From: an uncultured virus (IMG/VR IMGVR_UViG_3300007515_000005)
Lineage: Duplodnaviria > Heunggongvirae > Uroviricota > Caudoviricetes > Demerecviridae
Length of the DNA: 64,000 nucleotides
IMG/VR virus record: IMGVR_UViG_3300007515_000005
Direction: 5' to 3' (one strand)
Position numbers and translations under genes: made by a program. Of the stretch, positions 46,434-56,351 are shown one piece after another (the first letter of the stretch is position 1; every line of letters begins with the position of its first letter). The notes beneath the pieces were generated by a model, which saw only the letters and a list, made by a program, of their open reading frames with translations, made no database searches and was not told the origin of the DNA.

Positions 46434-46872
46434 GCAAGTAGAAGTAGTAGCTAAACCAATTGAACGAACTATCGTTCAACCTGTTATGCCTAGAGAAATA
46501 GACTTGAAAGAGCCTATGTGGTTTGCAGTAACAGAGGCAAATATTGATAAATTTATAGCAGACATAAAAGAAGAGCACGGAGATGTAGTATTTTTAGCTA
46601 TGTCAATTCCTGACTATGAAATAATGGCATATAATATGCAAGAACTTAAACGATATATCACAGAACTTAAAGAAGTTGTAGTATACTATCGAAAAGTTAC
46701 TATGCCAGCAAAGCCAGAAAAAAAGGAAACAACAAGCAGGGAAAGACCCTCAATAGGATTATTCCCTAGAGATAAAAAAGAAACATCTTCCAATATAGAA
46801 TCACAGAATTTATACTTAGCCGAAGGTACAATCAATGATATAGAAGGACTTTGGTTAGTATATGAAACTTAA
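46339..46872 (+). CDS. Outer-membrane spanin lipoprotein (Rz1-like)
   Basis: Lipobox VSSC; Pro-containing segment; overlaps the i-spanin 3' end. Confidence 0.7.
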   Translation: MEQNTYLKTLKSLVILLTISMMVSSCSMLGTKQVEVVAKPIERTIVQPVMPREIDLKEPMWFAVTEANIDKFIADIKEEHGDVVFLAMSIPDYEIMAYNMQELKRYITELKEVVVYYRKVTMPAKPEKKETTSRERPSIGLFPRDKKETSSNIESQNLYLAEGTINDIEGLWLVYET

Positions 46873-47107
46873 TGGATAATGAATGAAACACATGATAAAA
46901 TGGCTTAAAGTATGTGCCTTTTTATTAATGTTAGTATTATTAGTTCACTCGTTGGAGATAGTATATGACATACTATATCACCATAGAGCTGGAAATATAT
47001 TTACTCCACATTGATAAATAAAACGAGCATAGCTTATCGTAGATAGATTATTACGGTAACCTATACAGAAAGTTAGTAGATAGATGATTACTAACATAGG
47101 AGAAGAT

Positions 47108-47371
47108 ATGAAATATCTAATTATAGGTATTCTCGGTTTTCTACTCTCTAGTTGCGCTTCAATAGGAGCTGTTATAGATAGCGGTAAAGAGGTTGCTACA
47201 GGATTAATAGATATGACTGTGGGAACTGCGTCTAAAGTCGTTTCTGCTGTTGCCGAAGATGTAGCAGATACAACAGCTTATGTTGCAGATACAGCTGCAG
47301 GTACACTAGAAGATGTTGCTGAGAAAGTAGATGAAGAAACCGATGAATTACAACCAAAGGACAAAGAATAG
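47108..47371 (+). CDS. Lipoprotein, acidic and helical
   Basis: MKYLIIGILGFLLSSC lipobox; SD AGGAG. Confidence 0.7.
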   Translation: MKYLIIGILGFLLSSCASIGAVIDSGKEVATGLIDMTVGTASKVVSAVAEDVADTTAYVADTAAGTLEDVAEKVDEETDELQPKDKE

Positions 47372-47498
47372 ACTGAGCACTTGTGAAAAGTGCTCACATC
47401 TTAAAGGTTTTAAGACATGTAACATATGTAATTGTTTCATGCCCTTAAAAGTCAGACTAAAGCGGGCTACATGCCCAAAGAATAAATGGGAGAAGTAA

Positions 47499-47681
47499 AT
47501 GGATATGGTGAAAAAATACATGGACTGGGTAAAAGATAGAGTTTCCGAGAGAACATCTTGGGACGGAGCTGTGATTATAGCAGTGTGTCTACTTGTTTTA
47601 CTAACTGGCGGATTAGCCAAAATATTAGCATTTGCAGGACTACTCTACGGAGCGTGGACCTGTTATAAAGCAGAAGTTTAA
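47499..47681 (+). CDS. Small membrane protein
   Basis: ERTSWDGAVII followed by hydrophobic helices. Confidence 0.65.
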   Translation: MDMVKKYMDWVKDRVSERTSWDGAVIIAVCLLVLLTGGLAKILAFAGLLYGAWTCYKAEV

Positions 47682-47824
47682 TGCCAATAAGAAAAACTAA
47701 AGGCGGGTATAAAATCGATAATACTCCTGGAGTTTCTAAAAGTAAGAAAGCTGCGAAGCAAAGGCTTCGCGCTATCAAGTACCGCCAAAAGAAACGCAGG
47801 AAAGATCGTCGTAAGAGACGATAG
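47681..47824 (+). CDS. Small, very basic protein (47 aa)
   Basis: MPIRKTKGGYKIDNTPGVSKSKKAAKQRLRAIKYRQKKRRKDRRKRR*. Confidence 0.6.
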   Translation: MPIRKTKGGYKIDNTPGVSKSKKAAKQRLRAIKYRQKKRRKDRRKRR

Positions 47825-47833
47825 GAGAAAAAG

Positions 47834-48343
47834 ATGCAAATAGCAAGAATATTAGGCACAACAACACCAGCACCTACAGGAACTGGAACTGCCAGTACTG
47901 TAGAAAATGCTCATTTTGTTATGCTTCATAATTCAGGTTCAACACTTAGAGAAGTAACTATACAAACTGCAGCAAATGGAACCTCATTGGGAAATATCTA
48001 CTTATCAAGTGGAGAAAGAGTTATAATTTCAAAAGACCCCGATGAAGTACTTTTTGCAGCACATGCTGAGGTTAAACTTACAAATGTAGACCCAATGAAG
48101 GTAAATTAAATAATGCATGTAGGAGAAAGAGACCAATGGTTAGAGGAGGTTGCAAAAACTTGTAGCGTTACTTTATCCATTTTACATAAAAAAGCAGAAA
48201 ATGACGGTTACATATCTGAAGCTGATCAGATGATGAGCGATGTCTGCATGGGGTATCTTTATCTTTTAAATATGTGTGATAAGGAGGGAGTTCTTTTAGA
48301 AGCTCCTATTATTAAAACTATAACTGAAAATACGATTCATTAA
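47834..48343 (+). CDS. Two hypothetical proteins (47834-48109, 48113-48343)
   Basis: Coupled ORFs preceding terL. Confidence 0.6.
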
Positions 48344-49644
48344 TGTTAGATATAAGCAGAAAAGATATACTTCATGAAGATCTTATGGCTTTTGATGCTT
48401 CACAGCGTTTTATCAAACTTCCTATTTCAGAATATATGAACTTATTAGGCATTGAGCCTAATTCAGCACAGAAAGCATTAATCAATGCTTTAAATAACCC
48501 AAAATATAGATTTGTGTGTGCCGCTATTTCAAGGCGTCAGGGGAAAACTTATATTACAAATGTCATTGGACAGCTTGTTTCACTCGTGCCAGGTTCCCAC
48601 ATACTCATTATGTCACCAAATTATGCTTTATCGCAGATTTCCTTTGACTTACAAAGGCAACTTATAAAGCATTTTGATCTCGAGGTGGTTAGAGATAATG
48701 CAAAAGATAAGGTAATTGAACTATCCAATGGTTCAACTATAAGAATGGGTTCGGTTAATCAGGTTGATTCTACCGTTGGTAGATCATATGACCTGATTAT
48801 TTTCGACGAAGCAGCGCTAGCTGACGGAAAAGATGCGTTTAATGTTGCCCTTCGTCCTACATTAGACAAAGAAGATAGCAAAGCCGTCTTCATTTCCACC
48901 CCAAGGGGTAGAAATAATTGGTTTGCAGACTTTTATCACAGAGGATATAGTGATGAATTTAAAGATTGGGCTTCTATAAGAGCTACTTACCATGAAAATC
49001 CAAGATTTAGTAAGGAAGATATCATAGAAGCTAAAAAATCTATGTCCCAAGCTGAGTTTTCGCAAGAATACTTAGCAGATTTTAACACATATGAGGGACA
49101 AGTATGGAATTTTAATTTTGAAGAATGTGTCGCAGACCTGAGTCAACTTGATACCAGTAAAATGGACGTTTTTGCTGGTCTTGATGTCGGGTATAAAGAC
49201 CCTACCGCTTTTTGCGTGATAGCATATGATTGGGATCAAGAGAAATTTTATCTAGTAGATGAATACCTTGATGCTGAAAGGACTACTGAACAGCATGCAG
49301 CGGAAATTCGTAAAAGAGTAGACAAATATAACATAGATTGGATTTATATCGATTCGGCAGCTCAACAAACTCGCTTTGATTTTGCCCAAAATTACGATAT
49401 ATCTACTATAAATGCTAAAAAATCTGTTCTTGACGGAATTTCTCATGCAGCAGGCATAATTGACAATAATAAATTGATTGTAGATCAAAAATGTCAACAT
49501 GTACTGCAGGCAGTGGACCAATATCAGTGGGATCCAAACCCCAATTTAATGAAAGAAAGGCCAAAACATAATATGGCTAGTCATATGTCAGACGCTTTAA
49601 GATATGGACTTTACACTTTTGAGACATCAGCGAGCACTTTTTAG
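48343..49644 (+). CDS. terL: Terminase large subunit
   Basis: SRRQGKT, IIFDEAA, ISTPRG, GLDVG and HMSDALRY. Confidence 0.96.
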   Translation: MLDISRKDILHEDLMAFDASQRFIKLPISEYMNLLGIEPNSAQKALINALNNPKYRFVCAAISRRQGKTYITNVIGQLVSLVPGSHILIMSPNYALSQISFDLQRQLIKHFDLEVVRDNAKDKVIELSNGSTIRMGSVNQVDSTVGRSYDLIIFDEAALADGKDAFNVALRPTLDKEDSKAVFISTPRGRNNWFADFYHRGYSDEFKDWASIRATYHENPRFSKEDIIEAKKSMSQAEFSQEYLADFNTYEGQVWNFNFEECVADLSQLDTSKMDVFAGLDVGYKDPTAFCVIAYDWDQEKFYLVDEYLDAERTTEQHAAEIRKRVDKYNIDWIYIDSAAQQTRFDFAQNYDISTINAKKSVLDGISHAAGIIDNNKLIVDQKCQHVLQAVDQYQWDPNPNLMKERPKHNMASHMSDALRYGLYTFETSASTF

Positions 49645-49716
49645 TGGAGACCAACGAAAAAATAAATGTTGACATGAAGGTGAATTTTTGGTATAATTTT
49701 AATAAATAGAGATTTT

Positions 49717-50088
49717 ATGGATTTAAAAAGAGATTTAGTCAAGTACGTCAGAGACAAAGCGAAATCTAAGTATAATAAAGACACCCAGTGCTTTATCTGT
49801 GGTGAAACAGAAAACTTAGACTTTCACCACTTCTACGGAATGACTGAGCTACTTGAAACTTGGTTAAAGAGTAAGAAAATTACTATAACCTCGGCAGATG
49901 AAATAATGAATCTTCGAGAACTTTTCATTGAAGAGTATACAAATGAAATTTATCACGAAGCTGCTACACTATGCAAAGCCCACCATCAAAGGCTCCACAG
50001 TATTTATGGTAAACGACCTAAGTTAGTGACAGCACTTAAGCAAAAGAGATGGGTTAATATACAGAGAGAAAAACATGGCATGGTATGA
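49717..50088 (+). CDS. HNH-type nicking endonuclease (T5-like)
   Basis: CFICG...FHH...TLCKAHHQRLH; lies between terL and portal as in T5. Confidence 0.85.
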   Translation: MDLKRDLVKYVRDKAKSKYNKDTQCFICGETENLDFHHFYGMTELLETWLKSKKITITSADEIMNLRELFIEEYTNEIYHEAATLCKAHHQRLHSIYGKRPKLVTALKQKRWVNIQREKHGMV

Positions 50089-51304
50089 CAGAATTTTAGG
50101 CAGACAAGTTGAGGAGGAGAAAATAAATCCTGCTCAGTCTTTTATCGGCTTGGAAGAAGGGTTAACAATCGACACCCGAGAAAAGAAAGACGATTACAGA
50201 TCAGCTTATGAAGAATTAGAAGTAGTTCATAGAGCTGTAAATATGATAGTAGACGATAGTTCGGATATTCCTTATGATGTAGGAATGAAGATTAACGGAA
50301 TCGCACCAGTAGTAGAAAATGTTCGAAAAACTCGTGTTGATTTATTACTTAATAAAGAACCGAACCCGTTTCAGGACATTAATACTTTTAAGAGAAATCT
50401 TATAATTGATTTACTGATTGACGGGAATATTTTCGTCTATTTTGATGGAAGACATTTATATCATCTTCCAGCACAGAATGTAACAATTCATTCAGATACT
50501 AGTACTTATATAAATAAGTTTGAGTATGATGGTCATATCGATTATACTCCTAAAGAAATTATACATATCAAAGAAAACTCATTTAAATCAATTTATAGAG
50601 GAGTACCACGATTAAAACCAGCATATCGAACTATGTATTTACTAGATAACATGAGGAAGTTTCAAGATAACTTCTTCAAGAATGGAGCGGTACCAGGTTT
50701 AGTACTTAAGAGCCCTAACACTCTTTCTGAGAGAATCAAAGAGAGAATGCTGCAAGCATGGCAAACTAGGTACAATCCTAAAAATGGCGGTAAAAGGCCA
50801 CTCATTTTAGACGGGGGAATTGAAGTCGATGATCTAACAAAAATTAACTTTAAAGAATTAGACTTTCAAGCTTCCATCACAGCAAATGAGAAAATTATTC
50901 TAGAAGCAATGGGTGTTCCACCTATTCTTTTAGACGGAGGCAACAATGCTAACATTAGACCTAACCATAGGCTATACTATTTGGAAACAATACTTCCAAT
51001 AGTAAGAAAGATTGGTTATGCTTTTGAAAGGTACTTTGGCTTTAAGGTAACTGAGAATGTAACAGAAATTCCAGCCTTACAACCAGAGTTAAGAGATCAA
51101 GCATCTTATTATGCTACTCTCGTAAATACAGGCATTATGGCACCAAATGAGGCTAGGATAGCTCTAGGTCAAGAACCTTTAGAAGGACACGATGACTTAA
51201 GAGTCCCAGCAAATATAGCGGGTAGTGCAGCAAACCCCGAAGACGGTGGGAGACCACCACAAGAAGAGGAACAGGATAATGGCGAACAAGAGAGCAATTC
51301 TTAA
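50075..51304 (+). CDS. Portal protein (HK97 family)
   Basis: PNPFQ, DLLIDGNIF, FFKNGAVPG, GVPPILL and PNEAR. Confidence 0.95.
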   Translation: MAWYDRILGRQVEEEKINPAQSFIGLEEGLTIDTREKKDDYRSAYEELEVVHRAVNMIVDDSSDIPYDVGMKINGIAPVVENVRKTRVDLLLNKEPNPFQDINTFKRNLIIDLLIDGNIFVYFDGRHLYHLPAQNVTIHSDTSTYINKFEYDGHIDYTPKEIIHIKENSFKSIYRGVPRLKPAYRTMYLLDNMRKFQDNFFKNGAVPGLVLKSPNTLSERIKERMLQAWQTRYNPKNGGKRPLILDGGIEVDDLTKINFKELDFQASITANEKIILEAMGVPPILLDGGNNANIRPNHRLYYLETILPIVRKIGYAFERYFGFKVTENVTEIPALQPELRDQASYYATLVNTGIMAPNEARIALGQEPLEGHDDLRVPANIAGSAANPEDGGRPPQEEEQDNGEQESNS

Positions 51305-51569
51305 ACAATTAGCAGATTATTTTGCTGAAAAAGGCTCTGTGTTAACCCCTACTGAGTATAAAGAAGCCGACGATGCTCCCATAAGATATATGGTAGCAAA
51401 AAGACCTTTTGGGTCTTGGGCTCGTATGCAAAGTATGGTTAAAACAAATTTTCCAGACCAATGGGCCAAAGCAAACCCTGAGCCAGTAGCAGCGCCTGCA
51501 CCAAAAGCAGAACCTAAAGCGGCTCCAAAGACAGCAAAGGCAGCTCCCAAAAAAGCTGAGAAAAAGTGA
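51279..51569 (+). CDS. Hypothetical protein with a Pro/Ala/Lys tail, at the T5 decoration-gene position
   Basis: MANKRAILKQL...FGSWARM...APAPKAEPKAAPK. Confidence 0.6.
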   Translation: MANKRAILKQLADYFAEKGSVLTPTEYKEADDAPIRYMVAKRPFGSWARMQSMVKTNFPDQWAKANPEPVAAPAPKAEPKAAPKTAKAAPKKAEKK

Positions 51570-51577
51570 GGTAAATA

Positions 51578-53626
51578 ATGGAGAAAATTTTTCATTGGAC
51601 TAACACTTTTAAAACTCTAGGCGAGGACGAAGACGGTAGTGTTAAAATTTCAGGTTTAGCATCTACTAATGCTTTAGATCGTACTGGAGATGTTATTAAC
51701 CATGATGCATGGACAAAATCAAATGGATTAGAGAATTTTAAACAAAATCCTATAATTTTGTTCAATCATGACTATAATAAGCCGATTGGTCGCGCTACTT
51801 CTATGGAAGTGAGCGAACATGGTTTAGAGGTGGGAGCAAAAATCTCTAAATCAGCAGGTGAAATAAAAGATTTAATAAAAGACGGCGTTCTTGGAGCCTT
51901 TTCCGTTGGTTTCAGAGTCAAGGATGCTGATTATAATGATGAAACTGACGGATATAAGATAAAAGACGCCGAACTTTTTGAGGTATCAGTCGTTAGTGTT
52001 CCAGCTAACCAGACTGCTATGTTTTCTATTGCGAAATCTTTCGATTCTCAAGAGGAATACGAGGAGTTTAAGAAAACTTTTATATCTAATAACATGGCTA
52101 CACCAACAGACACAGTTAATATTGATGAAGTTGGTACGCCACAAGCCACGGATAAAACCGTTTCACAGGAGAAACCTATGTCTAAGGACACAAAAACTCC
52201 AGAAGCTGGGTCAGTAGACTTGAAAGCATATGCAGAAGAAATTGCGAAAGCAACTGCTGCAAAGATTGCTATGCAACAAGCTGAGCAAAAAGCTAAGGAA
52301 CAATCTGATGCAGAAGAAGCTGCTGAGCTAGAAGCTCAAACTAAAGCAGCTAAAGAAGCTGAAGAAGAAAAAGTGAAGACAATAGTAGAAGTTGGCATGT
52401 CTGGAGCTGAAAGGCTTATGGAAGATGTTGAAAAACGTGTTTCTGAAAAGCATGAAGACCTCGAAAAAGTTGTCAACGAACTTAGAACAGAGCTTACTGA
52501 GAAAAAAGACGAAATCGAAGCAATTCGTGAGTCTAAAAGAATTTTTGGTGACAGAAACGACTCTGACTGGAAGAAAGCCTTCGAGAGCGATGTAAATGAT
52601 GCATGGACTCTAGGGCTAGCTACAGGAAGGGGTTGGGATACTGATTATGCGAAAGATGTAATGCAAAAAGTTAACGCTCATTCGGGTGTTGGCGTTTCGT
52701 CTGCAGATTTCGAGCAAACTGTATCTACAAATGTGGAAAGAGATATCCAGTTGCAGTTAGTACTTGCGCCTCTCTTTAGAGAGATCACAATGTCTGCTGC
52801 TACACAAATCATACCTATCTTACCAGATGCTGGTTATGCTGAATTCGCTTCAGCTCAAACAGCTAGTGGATCATCTCCACATGGTAACTTAGAAGAAAGA
52901 GGAGACACTTATGGCTCACCTTTCGCTGGTGTTGATTTGACTGAGAGAACTCTTTCAACCAAAAAACTTATTTCACAATCTTACTTAGGTAATGAAACTG
53001 AAGAAGATGCGATTCTACCAATCCTACCTTTAATTAGGGAGTCGGTTGTTAGATCACATGCAAGAGCCGTAGAAAATGCGTTACTATTAGGTAACAACGC
53101 TGATGGTGCCTTTGGTACTTCAGGAGCATCTTTCGATGGTGTTTGGCATCTAGCTGAAGCTGATAGTGATGTAACACAATCAGCAACTGCATTTGCATCT
53201 GACTCAATGACAGCACTTAAGCTATTAGCACTAAGAAAGAATATGGGTAAATATGGTATTAACCCATCTGATGTAGTGTACATAGTATCTTCTACAGCTT
53301 ATTACAATCTGTTAGAAGATGCTGAGTTCCAAGATGTGAACTTAGTTGGCGATGTAGCAACAAAGCTAAGAGGAGAAATCGGAAGCGTATTTGGATCTAA
53401 AGTCCTAGTATGTGACGAGTTCCCAACTGCGGCAGTAAATATGCCTGCAGCTATAGCAGTGTATCCTAGAAACTATGTTGTACCTAGATTAAGAGGTATG
53501 ACTATAGAGTCTGACTACGAAGTTGCTAATCAAAGAAGAGTTTTGGTTGCTTCACAAAGAATTGGCTTCACCGACATGATCGATGGCGCTACTTCTAAAT
53601 GGGCATATCAATATAAAGGCTCTTAA
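51578..53626 (+). CDS. Prohead protease fused to scaffold domain and HK97-fold major capsid protein
   Basis: Protease motifs LFNHD, FSVGF, LFEVSVVSVPAN; coiled-coil delta domain; capsid region ending QRRVLVASQRIGF. Confidence 0.92.
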   Translation: MEKIFHWTNTFKTLGEDEDGSVKISGLASTNALDRTGDVINHDAWTKSNGLENFKQNPIILFNHDYNKPIGRATSMEVSEHGLEVGAKISKSAGEIKDLIKDGVLGAFSVGFRVKDADYNDETDGYKIKDAELFEVSVVSVPANQTAMFSIAKSFDSQEEYEEFKKTFISNNMATPTDTVNIDEVGTPQATDKTVSQEKPMSKDTKTPEAGSVDLKAYAEEIAKATAAKIAMQQAEQKAKEQSDAEEAAELEAQTKAAKEAEEEKVKTIVEVGMSGAERLMEDVEKRVSEKHEDLEKVVNELRTELTEKKDEIEAIRESKRIFGDRNDSDWKKAFESDVNDAWTLGLATGRGWDTDYAKDVMQKVNAHSGVGVSSADFEQTVSTNVERDIQLQLVLAPLFREITMSAATQIIPILPDAGYAEFASAQTASGSSPHGNLEERGDTYGSPFAGVDLTERTLSTKKLISQSYLGNETEEDAILPILPLIRESVVRSHARAVENALLLGNNADGAFGTSGASFDGVWHLAEADSDVTQSATAFASDSMTALKLLALRKNMGKYGINPSDVVYIVSSTAYYNLLEDAEFQDVNLVGDVATKLRGEIGSVFGSKVLVCDEFPTAAVNMPAAIAVYPRNYVVPRLRGMTIESDYEVANQRRVLVASQRIGFTDMIDGATSKWAYQYKGS

Positions 53627-53643
53627 TAGCTAAATGATTTTAC

Positions 53644-53668
53644 GTGAGGGGAGACTTATCCCCTCACT
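53644..53668 (+). terminator. Hairpin after the capsid gene (terminator or stabiliser)
   Basis: GTGAGGGGA-GACTTA-TCCCCTCAC; no clear U-tail. Confidence 0.5.
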
Positions 53669-53686
53669 AAAATTAAGAGGAGAAAA

Positions 53687-54298
53687 ATGGCAGATTTAAT
53701 AACATTACAACAGTATAAGGATTTCGCAGGGTTGACGGGAGTAACGATGGACGCCCGCATTAATGTTATAATTGATTCCGTAAGCGAACTTGTTAAAAAC
53801 TATTGTGGTACTAGTTTTGTAGATGATTATAGTTCCGCAAAAACTGAATATTTTGATATTAAAGATAATTCAACTACTAGAGTTATGCTAGATGAAGGGC
53901 CTATTAATACGGTAACTTCAGTATCAGAAAGAGAATCACAAGCAGATTCATATGTTACACTAATCACAGAAAATTCTGACAGTAGTGGTAAATATGAATA
54001 TATTGTTGATACTATGACTGATAGTATAATTCGTACTAATGAAGATGTTGATAAAGCATTTCCAAGAGGGAGAAAAGCTGTAAAAGTAGTATATACTGCT
54101 GGATATAGCGCTTGTCCCGAAGATTTAAAACTAGCAATTTTTGATTTAGTTAAATACTATCTTAAAGATGAACGAAAAGAACGATTACAAATTGCAGGAG
54201 CAATGATTGAAAACCCTGTATCGACTAGCATTAAAAATAATGCAGGATTCCCAGATCACATAAAAAGAATACTGGATATGTACAAGGTTTATAAATAA
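53687..54298 (+). CDS. Head completion / head-tail connector (T5 p144-like)
   Basis: VVYTAGY..CPEDLKLA and FPDHIKRILDMY. Confidence 0.85.
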   Translation: MADLITLQQYKDFAGLTGVTMDARINVIIDSVSELVKNYCGTSFVDDYSSAKTEYFDIKDNSTTRVMLDEGPINTVTSVSERESQADSYVTLITENSDSSGKYEYIVDTMTDSIIRTNEDVDKAFPRGRKAVKVVYTAGYSACPEDLKLAIFDLVKYYLKDERKERLQIAGAMIENPVSTSIKNNAGFPDHIKRILDMYKVYK

Positions 54299-55824
54299 TG
54301 GGAAGAAAAAAGAAAGGTCAATCTAGTCTTACAAAAGCAATTACAGAAGCCGCTGGACCTGGTGATAGTAACCGAAACTTTAATAAAGTAATGGCGACTC
54401 AAAAAAAGGAATTTGGAGCTGCTTTGGCTACGGGAGATCAGGAAAAATACATTAACCAAAAATTAACAGGAGCAGTAGAGAAATCTTCCTTATTTAAGTG
54501 TTTTAGAGAAGTATTTGATACAGCCGAAGAGTTTGAACGATGGATGGTAGAGAATAAAGACGCAATAGATGCCCTTGATGGTAGAACTAAAGCTTCTTTA
54601 CTTAATGCTTTAAATGCTTTATATGTACCATTAACAGGAATGACTATAGGGAAAGCTGGTTATAACATTGATCATACTGATATAAGTAATATGGCTTCAA
54701 AAGCAGTTGCTATGTATATAGTTTTACAAGAAACAAAACTAGAATTAGGAAATCGCCCTTCAGAGAAGGGTAGAAAAAGAATGACAACAAATGATAAGGG
54801 TAAAAGAGTACCTATAGGATCAGCAAGAAGTTCAGGAGTAGAGTTCATTTTTAATCAAGCAGAAGCTGGATTAGACGAAGTAATAAGTAAAATTCAAAGC
54901 GCAATAGGTATAATGGAATATTTAACTCATGCTTATGCAAATGGAAAAGAACCTACAGCAGAACAAGTAGAAAAAGATTATGAAGAATATGTTAAATCAA
55001 AAGGTGAAACATGGAACTTAACAACTTTTAAAAGAAAAATTATAGATTCTGCTGCAGGAAACGCCGAGCAAGTATGGACTGTAATGTCAGAAGATACAAA
55101 TAAAGTTCAAAAAGGATTTTTTGAGGGTACATTGCCACATTGGTTAAATGATTTAATACCTGGCAGAAGCCCTTTTGGTGGAAAAGGAATGGAGGAGGCT
55201 CTAGAAAGAATAGATGCTTTACATTCTAAAACAATAGAGAATACTAAAATAGTAGGTTCAGTCCCTATAGAAAATGAAATAGTAGACCAAATTGCCAAAG
55301 CTGCTATAGGAATAAAGCCTAGAAAATATGCGCCTACTCCTAAAAAGGGGAAAGTGCCTATAAAAATGAAACAGCCATCAACAGCTGGCGTACGTGCTGC
55401 AATGAAAAGACATACAAGGGAAGTCGGCAGAGCAAAAGAAAAGTTAGATTCAGTACGACAAAAAGCTCAAGGTAGACTGGTTAAAACAGTAGAAACAAAT
55501 GTTGATGACTTAAGAGAAACAGCTAAAATAAGAGCAGCTATTAATAGAAAACTTCCTACAGAACTAAGAAAGAATATGGTAAGACCTGCTTTAATGAATA
55601 GAACAGGAAGATTTGCTAATTCAGTAAAATTAGAAACTTTAACAGCTACTCAAGCTGGAATGGCAGGACAGTACTCTTACTTGTTAAGCCCTTATGAGAC
55701 ATTCGAAAGTAAAGGAAAACGAAAATGGCCTTTAGCATATAATCCTAAACCTTTAATATCAAAAAGTATTAGAAATATAGCTATAGGATTTATGAAAGCA
55801 AAATTAACACTTAGGAGAATATAA
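54298..55824 (+). CDS. Tail completion protein (T5 p143-like C-terminus) with a long N-terminal extension
   Basis: C-terminal RTGRFANSV...YSY...PYETFE...P..LISKSIR; synteny. Confidence 0.65.
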   Translation: MGRKKKGQSSLTKAITEAAGPGDSNRNFNKVMATQKKEFGAALATGDQEKYINQKLTGAVEKSSLFKCFREVFDTAEEFERWMVENKDAIDALDGRTKASLLNALNALYVPLTGMTIGKAGYNIDHTDISNMASKAVAMYIVLQETKLELGNRPSEKGRKRMTTNDKGKRVPIGSARSSGVEFIFNQAEAGLDEVISKIQSAIGIMEYLTHAYANGKEPTAEQVEKDYEEYVKSKGETWNLTTFKRKIIDSAAGNAEQVWTVMSEDTNKVQKGFFEGTLPHWLNDLIPGRSPFGGKGMEEALERIDALHSKTIENTKIVGSVPIENEIVDQIAKAAIGIKPRKYAPTPKKGKVPIKMKQPSTAGVRAAMKRHTREVGRAKEKLDSVRQKAQGRLVKTVETNVDDLRETAKIRAAINRKLPTELRKNMVRPALMNRTGRFANSVKLETLTATQAGMAGQYSYLLSPYETFESKGKRKWPLAYNPKPLISKSIRNIAIGFMKAKLTLRRI

Positions 55825-56279
55825 TGGTATCAACATATAGAACAGCAAGAAAAAAGATTGTTGATGCCTTAGTAAAAGAATTAAAAACGAGTATAAATGG
55901 GGTTGCCCCTTATAACTCGAACATATTTAACAATGCTGATGGGCATTTAAAATTTTTAGATACAATCAACGAATACCCACAAGTATGTGTGGTAGCAGGA
56001 GATGAAACTAGACAGTATCAGCCCGACGGCTTTAAATGGAGGTTTCTGCAACTCGAAATTAGATGTTATATCGAAAACGAAGCAGATCCTCAAGAGGTTC
56101 TAGCCCTTTTAATGGAAGATATAGAAAGGGTAATAGATAATAATGATGTTTTGACTTACGATGATACAGTAAGTCCAGCATTAAATACAACTTCCTTAAC
56201 TTTACAAACATTGACTACTGATGAGGGCGCATTAGCCCCAATTGGAATAGGGTCATTAGTTTTAGAGTGTAGGTATTAA
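55824..56279 (+). CDS. Tail tube terminator (T5 p142-like)
   Basis: ETRQYQP, EDIERVID and TTDEGALAP. Confidence 0.8.
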   Translation: MVSTYRTARKKIVDALVKELKTSINGVAPYNSNIFNNADGHLKFLDTINEYPQVCVVAGDETRQYQPDGFKWRFLQLEIRCYIENEADPQEVLALLMEDIERVIDNNDVLTYDDTVSPALNTTSLTLQTLTTDEGALAPIGIGSLVLECRY

Positions 56280-56351
56280 AAATCGAAATTACAAAGCAGA
56301 TAAAAATCTAGCTAAGTACTTTCAAAGACTAAAAAAGATAGGAGAAAAGCA

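Noticed and set aside
588..49644. Inteins or introns in nrdA, nrdB, polA, helicases or terL
   Set aside because: Protein lengths are normal and catalytic motifs are contiguous.
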